Shown: positions 47,446 to 57,007, counted from the first letter of the stretch. The stretch is 64,000 bases of DNA from an uncultured Collinsella sp. (GCA_937896835.1 CALBOJ010000075.1:5903-69902); one strand, 5' to 3'. Program-made: numbers and translations. Notes: generated from the letters alone by a model not told the origin.

Positions 47446-48732
47446 ATGTCGGTCGATATAGCCACGTATGTCCACGATCTTGCCGTTGCCGCTAAGGCAG
47501 CGTCGGCCTCGCTTGCCACGGCGAGCGACGAGCAGCGCCAGGAGGCCGTGCGCGCCATGGCCGCAGCACTGCGCAACGGTGTCGACTCCATCGTTGCCGC
47601 CAACGAGCTCGATATGTCCGCCGCGCGCGATGCGGGGACCTCGGCGGGGCTCCTCGACCGTCTGCTGCTGACGCCCGAGCGCGTTGAGGGTATGGCCGCC
47701 GGCCTGGAGAAGCTCGCCGAGCTGCCCGATCCTGTCGGCCGCGTGCTCGACCACCGCGTGCTCGCAAGCGGCGTGGACCTCACCCGCGTGAGCGTGCCGT
47801 TGGGCCTGGTCGCCATGGTGTACGAGGCGCGCCCCAACGTGACGGCCGACGCCGCGGGCATCTGCATCCGCACCGGCAACGCCTGCATTCTGCGCGGCGG
47901 CTCGCTGGCCTATCACTCGTGTGCCATGATTTCTGAGCTGCTGGCCGATGCGCTCGAGACCAAGGGCTTCCCGCGCGAGGCTATCTCGATGATCGAGTCC
48001 ACCGACCGCGAGGCCACTGGCGAGCTCATGAAGCTCCGCGGTATTGTCGACGTACTCATTCCGCGCGGCGGTGCAGGCCTGATCCAGCGCTGCGTGCGCG
48101 AGTCGCTTGTGCCGGTGATCGAGACGGGCACGGGCAACTGTCATATCTACGTGCATGAGTCCGCCGACTTTGATAAGGCGCTCAACATTATCGTTAATGC
48201 CAAGACCCAGCGTGTAGGCGTGTGCAATGCCGCCGAGTCGCTGCTGGTCGACCATGCTGTGGCCAATGTGTTTTTGCCTGCGGTCGTTGCCGTGCTGCAC
48301 GACCACGGCGTGTTCATTCACGGCGACGAGGCCACGTGCGCCGCATGCGCCGACGCCGGGCTTGCCGAGGGCGATGACTACGTTGCCGCGACTGAGGAGG
48401 ACTGGGGTCGCGAGTATCTGGCGCTCGAGATGAGCGTGAAGGTCGTGGCGAACGAGGACGAGGCCATCGCGCACATCAACCGCTACGGCACGATGCACTC
48501 CGAGGCCATCGTTGCAGAGGACACGGATGCTTGCGAGCGCTTCCTGGACGAGGTCGATGCCTCGGCCGTGTATGCCAACGCCAGCACGCGCTTTACCGAC
48601 GGCGGCGAGTTTGGCCTGGGCGCCGAGATTGGCATCTCGACCCAAAAGCTCCACGCCCGCGGCCCCTTTGCCGCCGAGGCCCTCACCACCTACAAATACA
48701 AGCTCCGAGGCACCGGCCAGGTCCGCCCCTAA
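47446..48732 (+). CDS. proA: Glutamate-5-semialdehyde dehydrogenase
   Basis: 428 aa aldehyde dehydrogenase fold with ...VCNAAESLLV.... Close to proB. Confidence 0.9.
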   Translation: MSVDIATYVHDLAVAAKAASASLATASDEQRQEAVRAMAAALRNGVDSIVAANELDMSAARDAGTSAGLLDRLLLTPERVEGMAAGLEKLAELPDPVGRVLDHRVLASGVDLTRVSVPLGLVAMVYEARPNVTADAAGICIRTGNACILRGGSLAYHSCAMISELLADALETKGFPREAISMIESTDREATGELMKLRGIVDVLIPRGGAGLIQRCVRESLVPVIETGTGNCHIYVHESADFDKALNIIVNAKTQRVGVCNAAESLLVDHAVANVFLPAVVAVLHDHGVFIHGDEATCAACADAGLAEGDDYVAATEEDWGREYLALEMSVKVVANEDEAIAHINRYGTMHSEAIVAEDTDACERFLDEVDASAVYANASTRFTDGGEFGLGAEIGISTQKLHARGPFAAEALTTYKYKLRGTGQVRP

Positions 48733-48745
48733 CGCCCGCGCAAAC

Positions 48746-48787
48746 AAAAACCACCACAAAGGTGCCTGTCCCCTTTGTGATGGTTTT
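48746..48787. terminator. Family-A palindromic hairpin repeat between convergent genes
   Basis: aaaaaccaccacaaaggtgcctgtcccctttgtgatggtttt. Confidence 0.8.
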
Positions 48788-48791
48788 GGAA

Positions 48792-49391
48792 TTAAGCCTG
48801 AAAGGTGTCGCGGTCGGGGGCGAAGGACTGCATGGCCGCGATGGTACGGTCGAAGAGCTCGGGGAGCTCCCAGCCCAGCATCTCGGCACCCTGCGTAATC
48901 ACGTCGCGCGAGCAGCCGGCGGCAAAGCGCTTGTCCTTGAACTTTTTCTTGAGCGACTTGGTCGTAAAGTCCATGACGCTCTTACTCGGACGCATGATGA
49001 CGGCAGCACCGATCAAGCCGGTGAGCTCGTCGCAGGCAAACAGGATCTTTTCCATCTGCAGCTCGGGCTTGGGCAGCGAGGTGTTGAAGTCCGACGTGTG
49101 CGTCTGAATGGCGCGAATGAGATCGGGAGAGGCGCCCTCGCCTTCAAGGATCTCGGCCGCATAGATGGTGTGGTTCATGGGGTCGTCCTCATGCTCCTCC
49201 CAATCTAGGTCGTGCAGCAGACCGACGATGCCCCAAAACTCCTCGTTCTCGGGGTCGAACTCGCGCGCAAAGTAGCGCATGGTGCCCTCGACCGTTTCGC
49301 CGTGGGTGATGTGGAACGGGTCCTTATTGTGCTCGTTGAGCAATTCGAACGCACGGTCGCGGGTGATTCCGGCGGAAAGTGGCTCTGCCAT
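48792..49391 (-). CDS. HD-domain phosphohydrolase
   Basis: H...HD pattern (HITHGE ... GLLHDLDWE). 199 aa. Confidence 0.75.
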   Translation of the reverse strand: MAEPLSAGITRDRAFELLNEHNKDPFHITHGETVEGTMRYFAREFDPENEEFWGIVGLLHDLDWEEHEDDPMNHTIYAAEILEGEGASPDLIRAIQTHTSDFNTSLPKPELQMEKILFACDELTGLIGAAVIMRPSKSVMDFTTKSLKKKFKDKRFAAGCSRDVITQGAEMLGWELPELFDRTIAAMQSFAPDRDTFQA

Positions 49392-49452
49392 AAAAGACTC
49401 CTTGTGCTCGCAGGTATCGCTAAGAATGAATACTACTAGAACGACTAGAACG

Positions 49453-49495
49453 AAAAAACCACCACAAAGGTGCCTGTCCCCTTTGTGGTGGTTTT
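49453..49495. terminator. Family-A palindromic hairpin repeat
   Basis: aaaaaaccaccacaaaggtgcctgtcccctttgtggtggttttt, just downstream of the CarD-family gene. Confidence 0.8.
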
Positions 49496-49508
49496 TGGCG
49501 CGGATGGG

Positions 49509-49994
49509 TTAGTTGAGGGCGGCTTGGGCTAGGCGGGCTTCGGCGGCCTCCTCGGTGACGCCCAATGCCACGGCGAACTCCTCGATGGAGCGGCGCTTGG
49601 CTTCCTTGAGTACACGCATATAGTAAGAGCTGGGCTTTTTATCGGCTTCCTCGGCCTGGCGAATGCGGTGCATCATGGTCTTTGCCACGCGGACCGTCTC
49701 GGGCGCGCCCAGCTTGAGCTGCTGCTTAAAGTGTGTCTCTTCAAGCGAGCTGTTGCGCTCGGTAAAGGTGTCGCACTCCAGCTCGCCATAGTGGCTCAGC
49801 AGATGCTCGGCATCTTGCTGAGAGATGGCGGCATGCAGACGGTCGGCCTGCGCCACGGGGTACATAAGGATCGTCTGCGCATGCCCCTGCTTGGCCTCGA
49901 GCAACAACATGGGCTGCGGCGTGTCGTCCCTAAAACCGACGACGGTGCAGACTCCCTGACCCGGATGAATGACGTGTTGACCGATTGAGAACAT
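49509..49994 (-). CDS. CarD/CdnL family RNA-polymerase-binding transcription regulator
   Basis: MFSIGQHVIHPGQGVCTVVGF is a CarD_CdnL_TRCF-like N-terminus. Confidence 0.75.
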   Translation of the reverse strand: MFSIGQHVIHPGQGVCTVVGFRDDTPQPMLLLEAKQGHAQTILMYPVAQADRLHAAISQQDAEHLLSHYGELECDTFTERNSSLEETHFKQQLKLGAPETVRVAKTMMHRIRQAEEADKKPSSYYMRVLKEAKRRSIEEFAVALGVTEEAAEARLAQAALN

Positions 49995-50336
49995 GCTACC
50001 TCCAACTTATACGAATTTACGTATGTCTAGAATAACACGCTGACGTGCGCAAATCCTCGCTTTATGCAGGAAAAGCACACAACTCTGATAGGTAAGAGTA
50101 TTCGATAAAAGACACAGCTCATTCACACCTTTATGCATTTTCAACGCGTGCATAATCTGCAGGCAGACCGGCATCTTTGAGTGACTCCATACAAGCTGTA
50201 GTCAATTTTGTGCATATGCAATTTCGATTGGCTTTACCCTGCGACAGTGCCCCTCGCTTGTGATAGAGTGCTACAAACTCTGGCTTTTGCCCTACGAGTG
50301 ACCAAGAGCTCGGGGGCTTTAACACAAGGAGGATCT

Positions 50337-52190
50337 ATGCCCGAGAAGATTGAAGAGCTGGTACGCGCTGCGCTTGCTGCGGCCCAGGAGGCCGGCGACC
50401 TTTCCGCATTTGAACTTGACGATTGCGCTATCGAGCGACCGGCTGACACTTCTCATGGCGAGTGGACCTCTACCATGGCCCTGAAGTCCGCCAAGCTGGC
50501 CCACTGCGCCCCGCGCAAGATCGCCGAGGCCATCGTTGCCCATATGCCCGAGGATCCCGCGATCGAGAAGGTTGAGATCGCAGGCCCCGGTTTCATCAAC
50601 TTCTACCTCTCCGTTGCCGTTAAGAATGCCATCTTTGGCGAGGCTCGCGAGAAGGGCATGGACTTCGCTAAGTCCAACGTCGGTGGTGGCCTGAAGACCC
50701 AGGTCGAGTTCGTTTCCGCCAACCCCGTCGGCCCCATGCACATCGGCCACGGCCGCTGGGCCGCGCTGGGCGATTCGCTCTGCCGCGTTATGGACCACGC
50801 CGGCTATGAGATCCAGCGTGAGTTCTACATCAATGACCACGGCTCTCAGATGAACACCTTCGGCAACTCCATCAGCACGCGCTATATGCAGCTTGCCGAC
50901 ATCATCGCCAAGCAGGGCGTTGATATCGACGAGGCTCACAAGCTGCTGATCGCCGACCGTGACGCCTTTGTTGCCGACGAGAACGACGAGCACCCCGAGA
51001 CCCATCCGTATCAGGACAACTTTGCCGAGACCTTGGGCAAGGACTCTTACGGCGGCGACTACATCATCGACGAGGCCGCCGAGTTCTGGCGCACCGACGG
51101 CGATAAGTGGGTCAACGCCGATCCTCAGGAGCGCATGGAGAGCTTCCGCGAGCGCGGCTATGTAAAGATGGTCGATAACATGCGCGACCTCTGCCACGCC
51201 GTCAACTGCGACTTCGATCGTTGGTACTCCGAGCGCTCGCTGTATGTGAAGGACACCGAGGGCGAGACCGCCGGCACCTCCGCCGTCGACCGCGCTTTTG
51301 AGAAGCTCGACAAGATGGGCTACCTCTACACCAAGGACGGCGCCCTGTGGTTCCGCTCCACCGATCTGGGCGACGACAAGGACCGCGTCCTGATCAAGTC
51401 CGACGGCGAGTACACCTACTTCGCCTCCGACGTCGCCTATCACTGGGATAAGTTCCAGCGCGTCGATCACGTCATCGACATCTGGGGCGCCGACCACCAC
51501 GGTTACATCGAGCGCGTACGCTGCGTCTGCGACGCTCTGGGTTACCCCGGCAAGTTTGAGGTTCTGCTGGGCCAGCTCGTCAACCTGCTGCGTAACGGCA
51601 AGCCCGTCCGTATGTCCAAGCGCAAGGGCACCATGGTGACCCTGCAGGAGCTCGTCGACGAGGTCGGCTCCGATGCCGCTCGCTACACGCTCATCTCCAA
51701 GAGCTCCAACCAGATGGTCGACTTCGACATCGAGGCCGTTAAGAAGCGCGACAACTCCAACCCGGTCTATTACGTGCAGTATGCTCACGCCCGCGTGTGC
51801 TCCATCCTGCGCCGTGCCGCCGACGTTACCGCCGAGCAGGCCGACGAGATGGGCATGAAGGCCGTTGCCGCCAAGGCCATCGGTGAGAACGTCGATTACT
51901 CGCTGCTGACCGACCCGACCGAGCTCGCCCTTTCGCGCAAGCTCAACGAGCTCACCGACCTGATCGCCAGCTGTGCTCGCGATCGCGCTCCGTTCCGTCT
52001 GACCCACTTTGCCGAGGAGCTCGCCGGCGACTTCCACAGCTTCTACGCTGCCTGCCAGGTTCTGCCGAGCGAGGGCCGTCCCGTCGACCCCGAGCTTTCG
52101 CGCGCCCGTCTGGCAGCTTGCGACGCTGTCCGCGTGACGCTCGCCCTGGTGCTTACCCTCGTTGGCGTTTCCGCGCCCGAGCAGATGTAA
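50337..52190 (+). CDS. argS: Arginine--tRNA ligase
   Basis: ATG after AAGGAGG. FVSANPVGPMHIGHGR (HIGH) and MSKRKG (KMSK) motifs. Confidence 0.9.
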   Translation: MPEKIEELVRAALAAAQEAGDLSAFELDDCAIERPADTSHGEWTSTMALKSAKLAHCAPRKIAEAIVAHMPEDPAIEKVEIAGPGFINFYLSVAVKNAIFGEAREKGMDFAKSNVGGGLKTQVEFVSANPVGPMHIGHGRWAALGDSLCRVMDHAGYEIQREFYINDHGSQMNTFGNSISTRYMQLADIIAKQGVDIDEAHKLLIADRDAFVADENDEHPETHPYQDNFAETLGKDSYGGDYIIDEAAEFWRTDGDKWVNADPQERMESFRERGYVKMVDNMRDLCHAVNCDFDRWYSERSLYVKDTEGETAGTSAVDRAFEKLDKMGYLYTKDGALWFRSTDLGDDKDRVLIKSDGEYTYFASDVAYHWDKFQRVDHVIDIWGADHHGYIERVRCVCDALGYPGKFEVLLGQLVNLLRNGKPVRMSKRKGTMVTLQELVDEVGSDAARYTLISKSSNQMVDFDIEAVKKRDNSNPVYYVQYAHARVCSILRRAADVTAEQADEMGMKAVAAKAIGENVDYSLLTDPTELALSRKLNELTDLIASCARDRAPFRLTHFAEELAGDFHSFYAACQVLPSEGRPVDPELSRARLAACDAVRVTLALVLTLVGVSAPEQM

Positions 52191-52238
52191 TCTGCGGGTC
52201 ATTTGACCGTGTAGGTTTGGTTTAACTGAGCCCTATAA

Positions 52239-52269
52239 GCCCGATCTCCTACGGAGGTCGGGCTTTTTT
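52239..52269 (+). terminator. Intrinsic terminator of argS
   Basis: gcccgatctcc tac ggaggtcgggc followed by TTTTTT. Confidence 0.85.
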
Positions 52270-52324
52270 CGCAAACGCCGACGTATTGATGAATTTGGAA
52301 CTGCTGGAAATACGAAACTATGCC

Positions 52325-52463
52325 AGTTTACTACGATGAATTGAGGAATTCTAACCACGCCGGCGTTTTGCTAAAAAGTGCAAGGCATCTACCTGCGGTT
52401 TTAGTTCAACAAGTTTCGGAGTGGTCGCGGTTGAGCGATTCATCGTAGTAAACCGCCATAGTT
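52325..52463. repeat. 26-bp inverted-repeat pair (24/26 match) in the rho upstream region
   Basis: aactatgccagtttactacgatgaat (52325-52350) against attcatcgtagtaaaccgccatagtt (52438-52463), enclosing 87 nt of lower-GC sequence. Confidence 0.7.
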
Positions 52464-52497
52464 TTGGCGGAGGCAGTCAGATTTGTGGGTGGCAAAC

Positions 52498-52547
52498 AAA
52501 GAGTGTCCCTTTTGACTAGTCGTTTAAGAACGTCCCCAATGACTAAG
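52498..52547. repeat. Family-B repeat units (dispersed copy)
   Basis: aaagagtgtcccttttgactagtcg tttaagaacgtccccaatgactaag. Compare unit 4 at 33189-33215. Confidence 0.6.
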
Positions 52548-52718
52548 TTGCAGGTGGCGGCGGTTGTGTTACACTAACGCTGCGTAGTTGACGCAATCAT
52601 CTCGATACAGATCAATGATGTCCGTCGTTTTGAACGGAACTAGACTGTTTAGCCGCCCTGAAGGTTTATGCAGGGAGCATGTGATCACAGGGCTTGAAAA
52701 GAAAGTTGAGCAAACACT

Positions 52719-55292
52719 GTGTCTGATCAACAGCAAGAAAACGAAATAACGACGACGCAGGCCGCTCCCGCTGCACCGGTTGCGTCGGACCAGGTCGCGG
52801 CGCCCGCTCAAGCCTCGGCTCCTGAGACGCCTAAGGCTGCTTCGACGCCTATGCCTGTAGCGGCTGAGAAGGCCGTGCCTGCAACTGGTGAGGAGGCTGC
52901 TCCGGCAAAGCCCAAGCGCATGCGCCGCACGGCCAAGCCTGCCGCTGACGGCGAGGAGGTCACCAAGCCAAAGCGCCGTACCACGCGCACGACGCGCGCC
53001 AAGCTCACCGTTGCAGCTGACTCCTCGGCGCCGATTTCCGATGAGGTCGCGCAGGCACGTGCGTTGGCGCAGATTAGCGAGGCTCAGGTGGTGCGCGCCC
53101 GCCGTCGTGCTGCCGAGCGCGAGGCCGCGGCTCTGACCGAGCTTGCAGCTCCGTCTGTACTCGAGACTCCTGCCGCCACCGAGGTTCTTGCCGCCGACCA
53201 GCCGACCGAGAAGCCGGCACCGCGCACACACCGTCGCACGGCTGCTAAGGCCGAGCAGGTTGCTGAACAGGTAACCCCCGAGCCCACTGAGGCTTCGGTC
53301 CGTTCCGCGGCAGGGGAGGGCACATCGCCTGTTGAGCCCGCTGCGCCTGTCGAGGCCAGCGAAGTTCCCGTTGTCGATCCGGCTTTGCGCCCGCACCGTC
53401 GCGGTCGCAAGCCCAAGGCCTTTGTCGAGGCCGAGAAGGCCGCAGCCGCAGCCGCTGCCGCTCGGGATGCTGCGGCGACTGCCAAGTCCTCAACTGCTGC
53501 CGATGCACCCGTCCAGGATGCCACGACTTCCGAGGCCGTTTCTGCCGATGCCGAGCCCGCCGACGTCCGTCCCGGTCGCAGCCGTCGCACTGCTGCTAAG
53601 CGCACGTCCAAGGCTAAGGCTGCCAAGAAGGGTGCGTCCGAGGATTCCGCCGAGACGACCGCCGATGCATCGACTGATGCGGTCGAGCCCCAGGACGTCG
53701 AACAGCCTGCATCCGAGAAGCCCAAGCGCGGTCGCAAGAAGTCCGTTAAGGCCAAGGCCGCCGAGCAGCATGCTGATGTCGAAGCGCAGGTTGATTCTGG
53801 CGCCGAGGCCAATGACGCCGCTGCGGCCAATGTTGACACCACCGCAACCGATGGTGCCGCCCCCGCCGAGGGCGAAGACGGCGCTCGCCCCAACCGTCGC
53901 CAGCACAAGCGCAACGAGGAGCGCAACGAGCGCAAGGACGAGCGCAACAACGACCGTCGCAACCGCCAGCGCGATCGCAAGCAACGCAACAAGGAGCGTA
54001 ATGCCGCTCCCACCGAGCCAACGCTTTCGCGCGAGGAGCTTGCGGCCATGAAGGTCGCCGAGCTGCGCGAGAAGGCAAAAGAGTTCGAGATCGAGACGAC
54101 CGGCAAAAAGAAGGCTGAGCTCGTCGAGGAAATCTACGTCACCGCTGCGAAGGCCGAGGGCTTCCGCGACATCAAGGGCATTCTGCAGATTCGCCCGGAC
54201 AGCTCCGGCATCATCCACGCCCATGGCTACATGAAGTCCAACGACGACGCCTTCGTGCCCGCCTACCTCATCCGCTCCGCGCGCCTGCGCACGGGCGACG
54301 TCATCGAGGGCTCGCTGCGTCCTTCGCGCGGCGGCGACAAGCGCGCCGGCCTCGCCAAAATCACGACCGTCAACGGTCTGGACCCCGAGCAGATTCGCAA
54401 CCGTCCCAAGTTCGGCGACCTCACCCCGGTCTATCCCAACGAGCCGCTGCGCATGGAGCACGGCAAGGACTCTATTACCGGTCGCGCCATCGACATCGTG
54501 TCACCGATCGGCAAGGGCCAGCGTGGCCTGATCGTGTCCCCGCCCAAGGCCGGCAAGACCACGATCCTCAAGAAGATCTGCCAGTCCATCTCGATTAACA
54601 ACCCCGAGGTGCACCTCATCTGCCTGCTCGTCGACGAGCGCCCCGAAGAGGTCACCGATATGCAGCGTTCTATCAAGGGTGAGGTTGTGGCGTCGACCTT
54701 CGATATGCCTGCCGACAACCACACCCGCGTGGCAGAGCTCGTCATCGAGCGCGCCAAGCGCATCGTAGAGCTGGGTGGCGACGTCGTGGTGGTGCTCGAC
54801 TCCATCACGCGCCTCGCCCGCGCCTACAACTTGGCGGCGCCCGCCTCAGGCCGCATCCTTTCGGGCGGCGTCGATTCGGCGGCATTGTATCCGCCCAAGC
54901 GCTTCCTGGGTGCAGCCCGCAATATCGAGAACGGCGGCTCGCTCACCATCCTGGCCTCTGCCCTCATCGACACCGGTTCCAAGATGGACGAGGTCATTTT
55001 CGAGGAGTTCAAGGGCACCGGCAACATGGAGCTTAAGCTCGACCGCGACCTGGCCGACCGCCGCATCTTCCCGGCTATCGACCCCGTTGCCTCCGGTACG
55101 CGTAACGAGGACCTGTTGGTCGACGAGCAGATGCGCCCGTTTGTCTTTGGTCTGCGTCGCATTCTTGCCGGCATGAACAACACCGAGCGCGCGGCCGCAT
55201 CGTTTATCAAGGGTCTTAAGGGCACCAACACCAACCAGGAGTTCCTGGTGCGTTCGGCCAAAAAACACAGCGACTACGAGCAGACGTTTTAG
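52719..55292 (+). CDS. rho: Transcription termination factor Rho with a long low-complexity N-terminal extension
   Basis: The C-terminal ~420 aa is canonical: Rho_N helix MKVAELREKAKEFEI, Walker A PPKAGKT. The preceding ~430 aa are Ala/Pro/Glu/Lys/Arg-rich. The GTG start at 52719 is uncertain. Confidence 0.85.
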   Translation: MSDQQQENEITTTQAAPAAPVASDQVAAPAQASAPETPKAASTPMPVAAEKAVPATGEEAAPAKPKRMRRTAKPAADGEEVTKPKRRTTRTTRAKLTVAADSSAPISDEVAQARALAQISEAQVVRARRRAAEREAAALTELAAPSVLETPAATEVLAADQPTEKPAPRTHRRTAAKAEQVAEQVTPEPTEASVRSAAGEGTSPVEPAAPVEASEVPVVDPALRPHRRGRKPKAFVEAEKAAAAAAAARDAAATAKSSTAADAPVQDATTSEAVSADAEPADVRPGRSRRTAAKRTSKAKAAKKGASEDSAETTADASTDAVEPQDVEQPASEKPKRGRKKSVKAKAAEQHADVEAQVDSGAEANDAAAANVDTTATDGAAPAEGEDGARPNRRQHKRNEERNERKDERNNDRRNRQRDRKQRNKERNAAPTEPTLSREELAAMKVAELREKAKEFEIETTGKKKAELVEEIYVTAAKAEGFRDIKGILQIRPDSSGIIHAHGYMKSNDDAFVPAYLIRSARLRTGDVIEGSLRPSRGGDKRAGLAKITTVNGLDPEQIRNRPKFGDLTPVYPNEPLRMEHGKDSITGRAIDIVSPIGKGQRGLIVSPPKAGKTTILKKICQSISINNPEVHLICLLVDERPEEVTDMQRSIKGEVVASTFDMPADNHTRVAELVIERAKRIVELGGDVVVVLDSITRLARAYNLAAPASGRILSGGVDSAALYPPKRFLGAARNIENGGSLTILASALIDTGSKMDEVIFEEFKGTGNMELKLDRDLADRRIFPAIDPVASGTRNEDLLVDEQMRPFVFGLRRILAGMNNTERAAASFIKGLKGTNTNQEFLVRSAKKHSDYEQTF

Positions 55293-55606
55293 ACCATAAC
55301 TGCGTGCAAAGCTGCCATAAGAATGGGCAATAGGGCCAGGGTTTTATATCCCGGCCCTTTCTTTATGGTGCCACTCGGCAACATTTTTTGACCTTATGAC
55401 CGACAAGCAGCGGTTTTCGAGCCACAATCCGGCATCGCCGCTTGCAATCGGAGGGTCGGTTTCGCATAATAACTTTTAAGCTTCGCGACGGAAAACGCAG
55501 ATGAAACGAACCATATACCGTTGCTTTGGGGCATAGCCCCGCTTCATCTTCTCTCGCGCAGCCAACTGAATGATGCGATTTGGGTGCTGGAAGATGGGGA
55601 GAGCTC

Positions 55607-57007
55607 ATGGCTTCTTCTGATGCAACACAACGAGCAGTCCTTGCCGGACTTTCGTGCGGGATCGGCCTTGCCGCTCCCGTGGTTATGTATGCCGCGACGC
55701 TGCCGTTTTCGTCGGCGAACGAGACGGTCGTGGCGGGTGCAGTTCCCTTCGCCGTGGGCGCGGTGGCGGGCGTGGGTATCTATGCCGCCTCGCTGGGTAT
55801 CTCCGAGTATCGTGCGCAGCGTGAAGAGCGTCTGTTCCAGCCCGATGCCATGGGCGGTGCCGCCAATCTCAATCAGCATCAAAGCGAGTTCAAGACCGCC
55901 TCGATTCCAGCTCAGCAGCAGGATGCGATTCCGTACGCTGCGGCTTCTGCTTCTCAGGCTCAGTCGGAGCAGTCTACCTCGGCATTCCTTTCCGGCCTGA
56001 CTGGTGCGTTCCAGCGCCGTCATGCCGATGATGGTGTCCCTACCATCGCTCGAGCCGCAGATGCTATGGACGAGGCCGAGGCTTGGTCCATGATCGACAG
56101 CATGCTCGACGACGATTCGCCGGTGAGCTGCGACCCTGCACGCTCGCGCGACGTCTATCAAGTCGCCATCGACGAGCTCACCAACGGCGGGCAGACCGGC
56201 TCCTTCAATCGCGATGATATCGCCGCCGCGGCACGCGCCGTGTCGGGCTCCCAGGCCGCCCCTGCGGGCAGCACGGCGGCTTTCGTGGCACTCGTTGCCA
56301 ATGCGGCGGTCAATAACGCCTACAGCGCTACCTCGGCGGACGCGAACGCTTCTGCCGATAATTCGTACGTTGATGAAGCCATGACCGCGGACGAGGAGGC
56401 TGTTGCCGCCCGCCGTGCCGCCGAAAGCTCGCTTTGGGGCGCTCCTGCCCAGCAGCAGGCGGCTGAGGCTGCGCCGTACAATGCAAACCTCGCCAGCATG
56501 CCTATCATCTCCGGTGCCGCGGGCATCGATCTCGATGACCTCGATGAGCCTGCAGCCATCACCGCATCGATTGATGCCCAAGATCGCATCGACACCGGCG
56601 ACCTTCCGGACGCCTCGCTCGAGGTTGATGTCCCCATGGCCGATTACTCGGGCCACGAGGGTATGTGGGCCGCCGCCACCGCGATTCTGGATGAGATTGA
56701 CGAGCCTGCTCCTGTTTCAGCCCCCGCTCCCGTCGCTGCCCCTCAGCCTGCTGCCCCCGCCTATGTCGGCCGTCACAGCGCTGTGTTCCCCGAGGATACT
56801 GCCCGTATCTCGCGTGAGAGCATCGAGCGGGCCGAGGCTATTGCCGCCGGCATTATGGAAAATCGTCGTCACGAGCGCGTCAATCAGATCCTCGAGGAAG
56901 AGATCGAGCGTCTTCAGTCCTCTACCGCCAAGCGTACGGGCCGTGCTTATCTGAGCGTTATCGAGGGCGGTACCGCCAGCTTCGCGCCGCTCCGTGCGGA
57001 GGCATAA
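55607..57007 (+). CDS. Hypothetical Ala-rich membrane-anchored protein
   Basis: ATG after GGGGAGAG. Two N-terminal TM segments followed by a long low-complexity acidic, Ala-rich region. Confidence 0.45.
   Translation: MASSDATQRAVLAGLSCGIGLAAPVVMYAATLPFSSANETVVAGAVPFAVGAVAGVGIYAASLGISEYRAQREERLFQPDAMGGAANLNQHQSEFKTASIPAQQQDAIPYAAASASQAQSEQSTSAFLSGLTGAFQRRHADDGVPTIARAADAMDEAEAWSMIDSMLDDDSPVSCDPARSRDVYQVAIDELTNGGQTGSFNRDDIAAAARAVSGSQAAPAGSTAAFVALVANAAVNNAYSATSADANASADNSYVDEAMTADEEAVAARRAAESSLWGAPAQQQAAEAAPYNANLASMPIISGAAGIDLDDLDEPAAITASIDAQDRIDTGDLPDASLEVDVPMADYSGHEGMWAAATAILDEIDEPAPVSAPAPVAAPQPAAPAYVGRHSAVFPEDTARISRESIERAEAIAAGIMENRRHERVNQILEEEIERLQSSTAKRTGRAYLSVIEGGTASFAPLRAEA

Noticed and set aside
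49995-50336. T-box or other riboswitch leader upstream of argS, and likewise upstream of trpS at 39343-39503
   Set aside because: I could not find the conserved T-box sequence (AANNNGGGTGGTACCGCG-like), a specifier-loop architecture or a terminator/antiterminator pair.
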